Part shown: piece by piece, positions 1 through 6,696 of the stretch
Numbering within the stretch: position 1 is the first letter of the stretch
Layout: each line of letters opens with the position of its first letter
Assembly (NCBI RefSeq): GCF_000017305.1
Contig: NC_009664.2
Span: 1,890,001-1,922,000 of the forward strand
Length of the DNA stretch: 32,000 nucleotides
DNA from: Kineococcus radiotolerans SRS30216 = ATCC BAA-149
GTDB lineage: Bacteria; Actinomycetota; Actinomycetes; Actinomycetales; Kineococcaceae
Direction: 5' to 3'
Translations under genes and position numbers: made by a program
Notes under the pieces: model-generated
Seen by the model: only the letters and a program-made list of their open reading frames with translations
Database searches by the model: none
What the model was told of the DNA's origin: nothing

Positions 1-440
1 TCGCTGACCTGGAACTCGACGGTGGCGCCGAGGGCCGCGTTGACGGCCTGGAAGTAGGAGTTCTTGTCGATCCCGGGCGGGGTGGTCCACCAGGCGGGGC
101 TCATCGCGGTGTAGGTCCCGCCGGAACCGGGGACCTCCGGCACGGACTTCACGAGGGTGGTGGGCACGGTGGTGTAGCCGGGGGTGGAGCCGTCGACGCC
201 GGGGATGTCCGGTTCGGCGAGGGTCAGCGGCCGGTAGGCGGGCAGCACCGCGGCCAGGTCGGCCTCGGAGAGCGGGCCGTCCTGCGGGGCGGCGGCCTGC
301 TCCTGCGAGGTGCACGCCCCGAGCGCGCCGGGCACGGCGACCAGGGCGGCGCCGGCGGCGACCGAGCCGAGCACCGAGCGCCGGGCGGGACCGCGGTGCC
401 CGGGGAGGGACGGGGTCGTGGGTCGGGTGGTCTGCTCCAT
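1..440 (-). CDS. ABC transporter solute-binding lipoprotein, N-terminal fragment (gene runs off the left edge)
   Basis: Absent from the ORF track because it has no stop in the window. My translation of the reverse strand from ATG (complement of 438-440) reads MEQTTRPTTPSLPGHRGPARRSVLGSVAAGAALVAVPGALGACTSQEQAAAPQDGPLSEADL...YTAMSPAWWTTPPGIDKNSYFQAVNAALGATVEFQVS and stays open to base 1. It has a twin-arginine-like RRSVLG signal and a lipobox LGAC. The mature part resembles large oligosaccharide-type binding proteins. Track ORF 224-451(-) is a different, Arg/Pro-rich frame. Confidence 0.75.
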   Translation of the reverse strand, partial: MEQTTRPTTPSLPGHRGPARRSVLGSVAAGAALVAVPGALGACTSQEQAAAPQDGPLSEADLAAVLPAYRPLTLAEPDIPGVDGSTPGYTTVPTTLVKSVPEVPGSGGTYTAMSPAWWTTPPGIDKNSYFQAVNAALGATVEFQVS

Positions 441-465
441 CGTGTCCACACTCCTTCATGTCGGA

Positions 466-477
466 CGTCGATCGACG
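466..477. promoter_or_regulatory. Perfect 12-bp palindrome CGTCGATCGACG upstream of the binding-protein gene
   Basis: Read directly. It equals its own reverse complement and lies 26 nt upstream of the start at 440 in the divergent intergenic region. Confidence 0.4.
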
Positions 478-518
478 CGACGGCGGTGCCGCATCATCGC
501 GCCAGGCGTCGTTGCCGG

Positions 519-532
519 TCGAAGCGATTCGA
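519..532. promoter_or_regulatory. Operator-like inverted repeat TCGAAGCGATTCGA
   Basis: 6 of 7 arm pairs with a central CG. Shares AAGCGNTTCGA with the element at 638-651. Confidence 0.3.
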
Positions 533-637
533 TGACCCACCGTAGGTGAGCGTCGCGCCGATGACAAGAACCCGGCCCGGATTCGTCAGATGACCGGCTC
601 CTGGGGCCTTGGCGCGGCCTCCACCCACCCGCTAGCG

Positions 638-651
638 TTCAAGCGCTTCGA
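638..651. promoter_or_regulatory. Operator-like inverted repeat TTCAAGCGCTTCGA just upstream of the GH3 gene
   Basis: The core AAGCGCTT is a perfect palindrome. It ends 17 nt before ATG 668 and abuts the SD. Confidence 0.3.
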
Positions 652-667
652 CATGGAGGGACCGACG

Positions 668-3508
668 ATGACCCTGCCGTTCCGCGACCCCGCGGTGCCG
701 CTGCGCGAGCGCGTGGACGACCTGCTCGCCCGCCTCGACCCCGGCGAGCGCCTCGCGATGCTGCACCAGCACGCCCCCGCCGTGCCCCGCCTCGGCCTGG
801 CCGCCTTCCGCACCGGCACCGAGGCCGCCCACGGCGTCGCCTGGCTGGGTCCGGCGACGGTGTTCCCCCAGCCGGTCGGGCTGGCCGCGACGTGGGACCC
901 GGACCTGCTGCGGCGGGTGGGCCGCGCCGTCGGCCGGGAGGTGCGCGCCCGCAAGCTCACCGACCCCGACGTGAGCCTCAACGCCTGGTCGCCGGTGGTG
1001 AACCCGCTGCGCCACCCCCTGTGGGGACGCAACGAGGAGGGTTTCAGCGAGGACCCCCACCTGACCGCTGAACTCGCCACCGCCTACTGCGCCGGGCTGC
1101 GCGGGGACCACCCGCGGGTCTGGCAGACCGTCCCGACCCTCAAGCACTTCCTCGCCTACGGCGCCGAGTCCTGGCGCGCGACCGCCTCCGCGCAGCTGCG
1201 CGAACGGGTCCTGCACGAGCACGAGCTGCCCGCGTTCCGCGGCCCGCTGGCCGCGGGTGTCGCCGGGGCGGTGATGCTCTCCTACAACCTCGTCAACGGC
1301 GTCCCCGCCCACGTCAGCCCGCTGGTGCGCGAGCACCTGCGCACCTGGGTGGAGCACCCCGACGACCTCGCCGTCGTCACCGACGCGGGCGCGCCCGGCA
1401 ACCTGGTGCGGGCCGAGCGCTGGGCCCCCGACCTCGCCGCCGCCGACGCCGCCGCGGTGCGCGCGGGCGTGGACTCCTTCACCGACGACGGCGACGACCC
1501 CGGCCCGACCCTGCGGGCGCTGACCTCGGCCCTGGAAGCCGGTCGCCTGGAGCGGGCCGACGTCGACGCCGCCGTGCGCCGGCTGCTGACCCTGCGGCTG
1601 CGGACCGGGGAGTTCGACGACCCGGTGCCCGGCGAGGTCCCCGCCCACGCCGACGTGCGCGTGGAGGACATCGGCCGCCCCGAGCACGTCGCCCTGGCCC
1701 GCGAGGCCGCCGCCGCGGGCGTGGTGGTGCTGCAGGACCGCGACGGCACCGGCGGGCGGCGGCTGCCGCTGCCGGCCACCGGGACCGTCGCCGTGGTCGG
1801 TCCGCTGGCCGACCTCGTCCTCACCGACTGGTACAGCGGCACCCCCACCGCGGCCACCGGCCTGGCCACCGCGCTGCGCGAGCGCTCCGGCGGGCCGGAG
1901 GTCGTGGTCGCCGACGGCAGCGACCGCGTCAGCCTGCGCCACACCGCCTCCGGCCGCTCCGTGGCGGTGGCCGCCGACGGCGCCCTGCTCGCCGACGCGG
2001 ACACCGCCGGCGAGGACGCCCGCTTCGACGTCACCGAGTGGGCCGACGGCGTGGTCACGCTGCGTCACGCCGCGAGCGGGCGGCTGGTGACCCGCGGCGG
2101 GGCGGGGCTGAGCGCCACCGCCGAGCGGGTCGGGGGCTGGGTGGTGCAGGAGACCTTCCGCCTGCACGTCGAGGGCGGCACCTGCGCCCTGCTGCACCTG
2201 GGCACCGGCCGCTGGGTGGTCGTGGACCCCACCACGGGGGCGCTGACCCCCGAGGCCGCCGACCGCGCCGCCGCCGCCCGGTTCGTGCTGCGCACCCACC
2301 GCAGCGGCACCGCCGCGGCCGTCGAGGCCGCCGCGCGCGCCGACCACGTCGTCGTGGTCGTGGGCAACGACCCCCACGTCGACGGCCGCGAGACCGAGGA
2401 CCGCTCCGGGCTGGCCCTGCCGCACGCGAGCGCGGAGCTGGTGCGCGCGGTGCACGAGGTGGCTGCCGACTGCGTGCTCGTCCTGGTCTCCTCCTACCCC
2501 TACGCGCTGGGCGGCCTGCTCGACGGGATCGGGACGGTGCTGTGGTCCAGCCACGGCGGGCAGGAGCTCGGCCACGGCCTGGCCGACGTGCTGCTGGGGG
2601 CCGCGGAGCCCTCCGGGCGGCTGCCGCAGACGTGGTTCCGCGACGACGCCGCCCTGCCGGACCTGCTCGACCTCGACGTCCTCTCCACCGGCACCGGGTA
2701 CGGGTGGGCGGCGAGCGGGGTGCTCTTCCCCCTCGGCCACGGCCTCGGCCACGGCCCCGTGGCCTACCGGGACGCCCGCTCCTCCCCCGCCGCGGACGGG
2801 ACGGTGCAGGTCGCGGTGGAGCTGATCAACGACGGCGCGCGCGACGTGGCCGAGCTGGTCCAGGTCTACGCCACCGCACCCGGTCTGGCGGTGCCGTTCC
2901 CGCGGCGGCGCCTCGTCGCCCACCGGCGGGTGCGGGTGCCCGCGGGCTCGTCGGTCACCGCGACGGTGCCGGTCGCGGTGGAGCGCCTGGCGGTGCGCGA
3001 CGTGGCGCGCGGGGAGACCCGGGTGCTGCCCGGCACCTACCACCTGCTCGTGGGCTCCTCCGCCGAGGACGTGCGGGCCGAGCTGGCCCTGACGGTGCCC
3101 GGGGAGGCGCCCGCGGCGCGGGAGCTGCGGCACGCCACCGCGTTCGACGCCCACGAGGGCGCCGAGCTGGTGCCCCGCGAGGGCACCGGGACCACGGTGG
3201 TGCGCGCGGGGATCCCCGGCTGGGGCGCCCGGCTGGAGTTCACCGGCTGCGCGGTGGCCGGGGCGGGGGCGCTGCGCGCGCAGGCCCGGGCCGCCCGGGC
3301 CGGCGGCGAGCTGGTGGTGCAGGTGCGCGGGGTCTCCGGGGCATGGCTGCCGGCCGGGCGCGCGGCGCTGGTCCCGGGGGACTGGGCCCCGGTCGAGGTC
3401 GCCCTGGACCTGCCCCCGGGCACGGCCGGGCGCGCCGACCTGCGCCTGGTCCTGCCCGCGGGGACGCTGCTGGACGGGCTGGAGCTGGTGCGCGGCCGGC
3501 CCGCCTGA
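668..3508 (+). CDS. Glycoside hydrolase family 3 (beta-glucosidase/xylosidase-like), multidomain, cytoplasmic
   Basis: ORF 590-3508(+). Start moved to ATG 668 because GGAGGG (655-660) lies 7 nt upstream, while ATG 653 and 590 have no SD. GH3 motifs are present: NAWSPVVNPLRHPLWGRNEEGFSEDPHL, KHFLAYG, and a candidate nucleophile in LAVVTDAG. An alpha/beta sandwich is interrupted by an inserted module. There is an Fn3-like domain (VQVAVELINDGARDVAELVQVY...) and an extra C-terminal ~130 aa. No signal peptide. Confidence 0.9.
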   Translation: MTLPFRDPAVPLRERVDDLLARLDPGERLAMLHQHAPAVPRLGLAAFRTGTEAAHGVAWLGPATVFPQPVGLAATWDPDLLRRVGRAVGREVRARKLTDPDVSLNAWSPVVNPLRHPLWGRNEEGFSEDPHLTAELATAYCAGLRGDHPRVWQTVPTLKHFLAYGAESWRATASAQLRERVLHEHELPAFRGPLAAGVAGAVMLSYNLVNGVPAHVSPLVREHLRTWVEHPDDLAVVTDAGAPGNLVRAERWAPDLAAADAAAVRAGVDSFTDDGDDPGPTLRALTSALEAGRLERADVDAAVRRLLTLRLRTGEFDDPVPGEVPAHADVRVEDIGRPEHVALAREAAAAGVVVLQDRDGTGGRRLPLPATGTVAVVGPLADLVLTDWYSGTPTAATGLATALRERSGGPEVVVADGSDRVSLRHTASGRSVAVAADGALLADADTAGEDARFDVTEWADGVVTLRHAASGRLVTRGGAGLSATAERVGGWVVQETFRLHVEGGTCALLHLGTGRWVVVDPTTGALTPEAADRAAAARFVLRTHRSGTAAAVEAAARADHVVVVVGNDPHVDGRETEDRSGLALPHASAELVRAVHEVAADCVLVLVSSYPYALGGLLDGIGTVLWSSHGGQELGHGLADVLLGAAEPSGRLPQTWFRDDAALPDLLDLDVLSTGTGYGWAASGVLFPLGHGLGHGPVAYRDARSSPAADGTVQVAVELINDGARDVAELVQVYATAPGLAVPFPRRRLVAHRRVRVPAGSSVTATVPVAVERLAVRDVARGETRVLPGTYHLLVGSSAEDVRAELALTVPGEAPAARELRHATAFDAHEGAELVPREGTGTTVVRAGIPGWGARLEFTGCAVAGAGALRAQARAARAGGELVVQVRGVSGAWLPAGRAALVPGDWAPVEVALDLPPGTAGRADLRLVLPAGTLLDGLELVRGRPA

Positions 3509-3548
3509 GACGACCGGCCCGGCGCGTCCCGAACTCGTCGGGCCGGCG

Positions 3549-3577
3549 GTGAACGCGGGCGGTCCGGGGCGCGTAAG
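3549..3577 (+). promoter_or_regulatory. ECF-type promoter candidate (GTGAAC-N17-CGTAAG) upstream of the DUF4394 gene
   Basis: AAC at 3552-3554 and CGT at 3572-3574 are separated by 17 nt. This fits the AAC/CGT signature common to many ECF-dependent promoters. It lies ~50 nt upstream of GTG 3627. Confidence 0.35.
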
Positions 3578-3626
3578 CACCCCCGAACCCGGCACCGGCC
3601 GGGCCCCGGACCCCAGGAGGAACCCC

Positions 3627-4460
3627 GTGCGCACCCGCAACGCGATCGTCGCCGCCGCCGCAGCAGCCGTCGTCCTCGTCCCCACCGCCAGCGCGACCGC
3701 CACCGACGGCGGCCGCGGCCACGGCCGGGCGGAGTCCCCCCGCGCCGTCGGCCTCGTCGACGGCACCCGCCTCGTCACGTTCGCCACCGACCGCCCGGGG
3801 AAGGTCAAGCACGCGGGCGAGCTGAAGGGCCTGCAGGGCGACACCCGGCTCGTCGGCATCGACGCCCGCGTGCAGGACAAGCAGGTCTACGGCGTCGGCG
3901 ACCGGGGCGGGGTCTACGTCCTGGACGTCCACCGGGCCACCGCCACCCGCGTGCTGCAGCTGAGCGTGCCGCTGGAGGGCACCGCCTTCGGCGTGGACTT
4001 CAACCCCGCGGCCAACGCGCTGCGCGTGGTCAGCGACACCGGCCAGAACCTGCGCCAGCCGTTCGCGACCCCCGGCGCGGCCACCGTCGCCGACACCCCG
4101 CTGACCAGCCCGCCCACCGCCGGCACCACCACCGGGGTCACGGCCGCGGCTTACACGAACAACGACCTCGACGAGGCCACGGCCACGACGCTGTTCGTGC
4201 TGAACACCACCACCGACCAGGTCGCCGTGCAGTCCCCGGCCAACGCGGGCACCCTGGCCGCCACCGGCAAGCTCGGCGCCGACCTCACCGGCGACGTCGG
4301 CTTCGACATCGCCGGCACCACCGGCTACGCCGTCGTGCCGGGCACCGGGAAGGACGCCGGCCGCTCCACCGTCCACGAGGTGTCGCTGCTGACGGGGAAG
4401 GCGACGCTGCGCGGGCACCTCGACGCGGCCGTCACCGACCTGGCGCTGAAGCTCTCCTGA
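3627..4460 (+). CDS. Secreted DUF4394 domain protein
   Basis: ORF 3549-4460(+). Start set to GTG 3627, 6 nt after AGGAGG (3615-3620). Signal peptide VRTRNAIVAAAAAAVVLVPTASATA. The body matches my recollection of DUF4394: LVGIDARVQDKQVYGV, FGVDFNPAANALRVVSDTGQNLRQPF, AAAYTNNDLD, TTDQVAVQSPANAGTL, GFDI. Confidence 0.8.
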   Translation: MRTRNAIVAAAAAAVVLVPTASATATDGGRGHGRAESPRAVGLVDGTRLVTFATDRPGKVKHAGELKGLQGDTRLVGIDARVQDKQVYGVGDRGGVYVLDVHRATATRVLQLSVPLEGTAFGVDFNPAANALRVVSDTGQNLRQPFATPGAATVADTPLTSPPTAGTTTGVTAAAYTNNDLDEATATTLFVLNTTTDQVAVQSPANAGTLAATGKLGADLTGDVGFDIAGTTGYAVVPGTGKDAGRSTVHEVSLLTGKATLRGHLDAAVTDLALKLS

Positions 4461-4466
4461 TCTCCG

Positions 4467-4502
4467 GGCGGTCCGGGGGCCGGAGGGGGCTGCCGGACCG
4501 CC
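4467..4502 (+). terminator. Hairpin after the DUF4394 gene (10-bp stem GGCGGTCCGG/CCGGACCGCC, 16-nt loop)
   Basis: Read directly. It starts 7 nt after the stop at 4460. No U-tract, so it may be a partial terminator or attenuator before the sigma gene. Confidence 0.4.
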
Positions 4503-4510
4503 GCGGGCGG

Positions 4511-4528
4511 GACGGGGACGGGGACGGG
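4511..4528 (+). repeat. Tandem hexamer GACGGG x3 inside a six-tract G-run block (4505-4534)
   Basis: Read directly: GGGCGGGACGGGGACGGGGACGGGAGCGGG, ending 1 nt before the GGAGG SD of the sigma gene. Confidence 0.8.
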
Positions 4529-4543
4529 AGCGGGCGGAGGACG

Positions 4544-5164
4544 ATGGGACTGCGGCACCGACGGGGTGGCCGGACGGGGCACCCGCACGCGGGCCCGGAC
4601 GGCCCGGGCGGCCTGCCCGGCGAGCGGCCCGACGGCCTGCGCGAGGAGGCCGACGTGGCGCGCGCCTACGCCGCGCACGGGGCGGAGCTGCACCGGTTCG
4701 CGCTGCGCGGGCTGGGGGACGCCGCCGCCGCGCAGGACGTCGTGCAGGAGACCTTCCTGCGGGCGTGGCGCGCCGCGGACCGCTACGACCCGAGCCTGGC
4801 GAGCCTGCGGGTGTGGCTGTTCGCCATCGCCCGCAACACCCTGGTGGACCACGTGCGTGCGGCCGGGGTCCGGCCCTGGCAGGGTGCGCTCGTGGCGGAC
4901 GTCGCGGACGCGGTCGGGAACGGGGCGGGACAGCCCTCCGACGACCCCGGGGAGCAGCTGCTGCGGGGGTGGGTCGTGGAGGAGGCGCTGCGCCGGCTCT
5001 CCGAGGAGCACCGCACCGCGATCGTGGAGACCTACCTCAAGGACCGCCCGCCGGGCGAGGTCGCCGCGGAGCTGGGCGTGCCGGTGGGGACCGTGCGCAG
5101 CCGGGTGTTCTACGGGCTGAAGGCGCTGCGGGTGGCGATGGACGAGATGGGGGTGGAACCGTGA
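4544..5164 (+). CDS. ECF-type RNA polymerase sigma-70 family factor
   Basis: ORF 4544-5164(+). GGAGG at 4536-4540 precedes ATG 4544. Region 2: DVVQETFLRAWRAADRYDPSLASLRVWLFAIARNTLVDHVRA. Region 4 HTH: LSEEHRTAIVETYLKDRPPGEVAAELGVPVGTVRSRVFYGLKALR. The N-terminal ~35 aa are Gly/Arg/Pro-rich, so the start is uncertain. Confidence 0.88.
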   Translation: MGLRHRRGGRTGHPHAGPDGPGGLPGERPDGLREEADVARAYAAHGAELHRFALRGLGDAAAAQDVVQETFLRAWRAADRYDPSLASLRVWLFAIARNTLVDHVRAAGVRPWQGALVADVADAVGNGAGQPSDDPGEQLLRGWVVEEALRRLSEEHRTAIVETYLKDRPPGEVAAELGVPVGTVRSRVFYGLKALRVAMDEMGVEP

Positions 5165-5889
5165 GCGGGACCGGTGAGCACCGCGAGCTGCGCGAGCAGC
5201 TGGGGTTCCTCGCCCTCGGCTTGCTGCCCGAGGCCGAGGAGCCGCGGGTGCGCGCCCACCTCGACGGCTGCCCGGCCTGCCGGGCGGAACTGGCCGAGCT
5301 GACCCCGCTGGCCGCGGACCTGCGCCTGGTCGACCCCGCCCGGCTGCCCGGCCCGGCCGCGCCCCCGCGCGCCCTGGGCGAGCAGGTGCTGGCCGCGGTC
5401 CGCGAGGAGTCGGTGCTGCGCACCCACCGCGAGCGCCGGCAGGTGCGGCGCTCGCGGTCCCGGGCGGTCCTCGTGCCCGTCGCCGCGGCCGTGCTGGCGG
5501 CGGGCGTGGCGACCGGCACGACCTGGCAGCTCACCCGCCCCGACGCCGCCCCGGCGCCGGCCGTCGCCGTCGAGCGGCTGCCGCTGACCGTGGTCGACGC
5601 GGGGGTCGACGCGGGGGTCCGGGCGCAGGGGCCCGCCGTCGTCGTCCCGCACACCTGGGGCGTGGAGGTCACGTTCGCCGCCGCCGGCTTCGCCGACGGG
5701 CGCACCTACCGCGCGCGGGTGCGCACCGCCGACGGCGCCAGCCGGCCGGCCGGGGAGTTCCTCGGCGTCGGCGCGCGCGAGCTCACCTGCGACATGCAGG
5801 CCGCGGTGCTGCGCGCCGACGCCACCGCGTTCGAGGTCGTCGACGAGGCGGGGGCGACCGTCCTGGTCCTCCCCCTGCCGAGGGCCTGA
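5161..5889 (+). CDS. Membrane-spanning anti-sigma factor (zf-HC2 type)
   Basis: In frame with track ORF 4765-5889. GTG 5161 overlaps the sigma stop (GTGA, 5161-5164). N-terminus VSGTGEHRELREQLGFLALGLLPEAEEPRVRAHLDGCPACRAELAEL carries the H-x3-C-x2-C motif. One TM segment (AVLVPVAAAVLAAGVATG) is followed by a ~130 aa extracytoplasmic domain. Confidence 0.82.
   Translation: MSGTGEHRELREQLGFLALGLLPEAEEPRVRAHLDGCPACRAELAELTPLAADLRLVDPARLPGPAAPPRALGEQVLAAVREESVLRTHRERRQVRRSRSRAVLVPVAAAVLAAGVATGTTWQLTRPDAAPAPAVAVERLPLTVVDAGVDAGVRAQGPAVVVPHTWGVEVTFAAAGFADGRTYRARVRTADGASRPAGEFLGVGARELTCDMQAAVLRADATAFEVVDEAGATVLVLPLPRA
5593..5616 (+). repeat. Perfect 12-bp tandem duplication GTCGACGCGGGG x2, in frame in the anti-sigma gene
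   Basis: Read directly. It encodes VDAG-VDAG in the extracytoplasmic domain. Confidence 0.9.
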
Positions 5890-5919
5890 CCCTCCACGAC
5901 CGGAAGGCCGCGGAGGGTC
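5888..5919. terminator. Hairpin between the convergent anti-sigma and TerD-like genes (8-bp stem GACCCTCC/GGAGGGTC)
   Basis: Read directly. 16-nt loop. It occupies nearly the whole 36-nt convergent spacer. Confidence 0.45.
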
Positions 5920-5925
5920 AGCGGG

Positions 5926-6630
5926 TCACTTGCGCCCGGTGCGCCACTGCATGCCCCAGCCGTACGCCTCGTCGAGGGCCTGCTGGCCGCCCTGGACGTA
6001 GCGCACCTCGCGCTGCACGGAGATCTCGCGGCCGTCGGAGACGATCTGGGCGATCGCGCACATGGGCGAGCGGTCGTCGTGCTCGTCGAGGCGGACCTCG
6101 ATCTCGGGACCGCTGACGGGGTGCAGGGTCACGACCCCGTCGGCGGCGGCCCAGTTGGGGACGCCCTCGTAGATGAAGGCGAAGACGAGGATCCGCCTGA
6201 TCTTCGCGGCGTCGCGCAGGTCGACGAAGAGGTTCTCCCCGCCGCCGCCGGTGCGGTCGTCGCCGTCGAGCCAGACGACGGGCTCGCCCGGACCGCGGTC
6301 GCGGAAGGCGTTGCCCAGGGCCTGCACGACGCCCTTGGACCCGTCGGACAGCTCGTAGAGCGCGCCGAGGTCGAGGTCGATCCCGCCCTGGGGGACGGCG
6401 GCGGCCTTGAGCTTGGCGAAGAACCCGCCCCCGGAGGCCGGGGCCGTCCCCGCCGGGCGCGCGTTCCAGGCCAGGTGCACCCGCAGGGTGCCGCCGGTCG
6501 CGCCGGACTTGGACAGCGAGACCTTCGGCGAGGCCTTGGTCAGCGTCACCTTCGACAGGGACACCCCGCCGCCGCCCGCCGGCTTCGCGGGCTCGGGGCT
6601 GTCCGCCTTCTTCGAGTAGTCGATGGCCAC
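5926..6630 (-). CDS. TerD-family (tellurium-resistance/stress, Ca-binding fold) protein
   Basis: ORF 5926-6663(-). There are three in-frame GTGs (6663, 6639, 6630). I prefer 6630 (VAIDYSKK...) because AAAGG lies ~11 nt upstream. TerD-like features: GVSLSKVTLTK...KVSLSK, GIDLDLGALYE, WLDGDDRTGGGGENLFVDL, ILVFAFIYEG. It lies 33 nt downstream of tsaD on the same strand. Confidence 0.8.
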   Translation of the reverse strand: MAIDYSKKADSPEPAKPAGGGGVSLSKVTLTKASPKVSLSKSGATGGTLRVHLAWNARPAGTAPASGGGFFAKLKAAAVPQGGIDLDLGALYELSDGSKGVVQALGNAFRDRGPGEPVVWLDGDDRTGGGGENLFVDLRDAAKIRRILVFAFIYEGVPNWAAADGVVTLHPVSGPEIEVRLDEHDDRSPMCAIAQIVSDGREISVQREVRYVQGGQQALDEAYGWGMQWRTGRK

Positions 6631-6696
6631 GGGACCCACGCCTTTCGTTCGAGGAGCTTCCACACCGCGAACGCACGAGGGCGCGGGAAGGTGCCG

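Noticed and set aside
224-451. Track ORF 224-451(-), 75 aa.
   Set aside because: It is in the wrong frame. The adjacent frame starting at ATG 440 gives a clean Tat/lipoprotein signal and a binding-protein sequence that stays open to base 1.
632-3880. Very long antisense or overlapping ORFs in the track: 632-3880(-) 1082 aa, 7894-10992(+) 1032 aa, 10898-13351(-), 14006-16630(-), 18598-21504(+), 18449-21256(-), 5918-7357(-) and many shorter ones.
   Set aside because: Their translations are dominated by Arg/Pro/Gly/Ala runs with no recognisable motifs. They lie opposite or out of frame to genes with clear family signatures. Stop codons are rare in off-frames at this GC content, so such ORFs are expected artefacts.
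3556-4478. Identical 14-mer CGGGCGGTCCGGGG at 3556-3569 (inside the ECF-like promoter spacer) and 4465-4478 (left arm of the hairpin before the sigma gene).
   Set aside because: My rough estimate is that dozens of chance 14-mer GC-rich matches are expected in 32 kb at this base composition, so it is not significant on its own.
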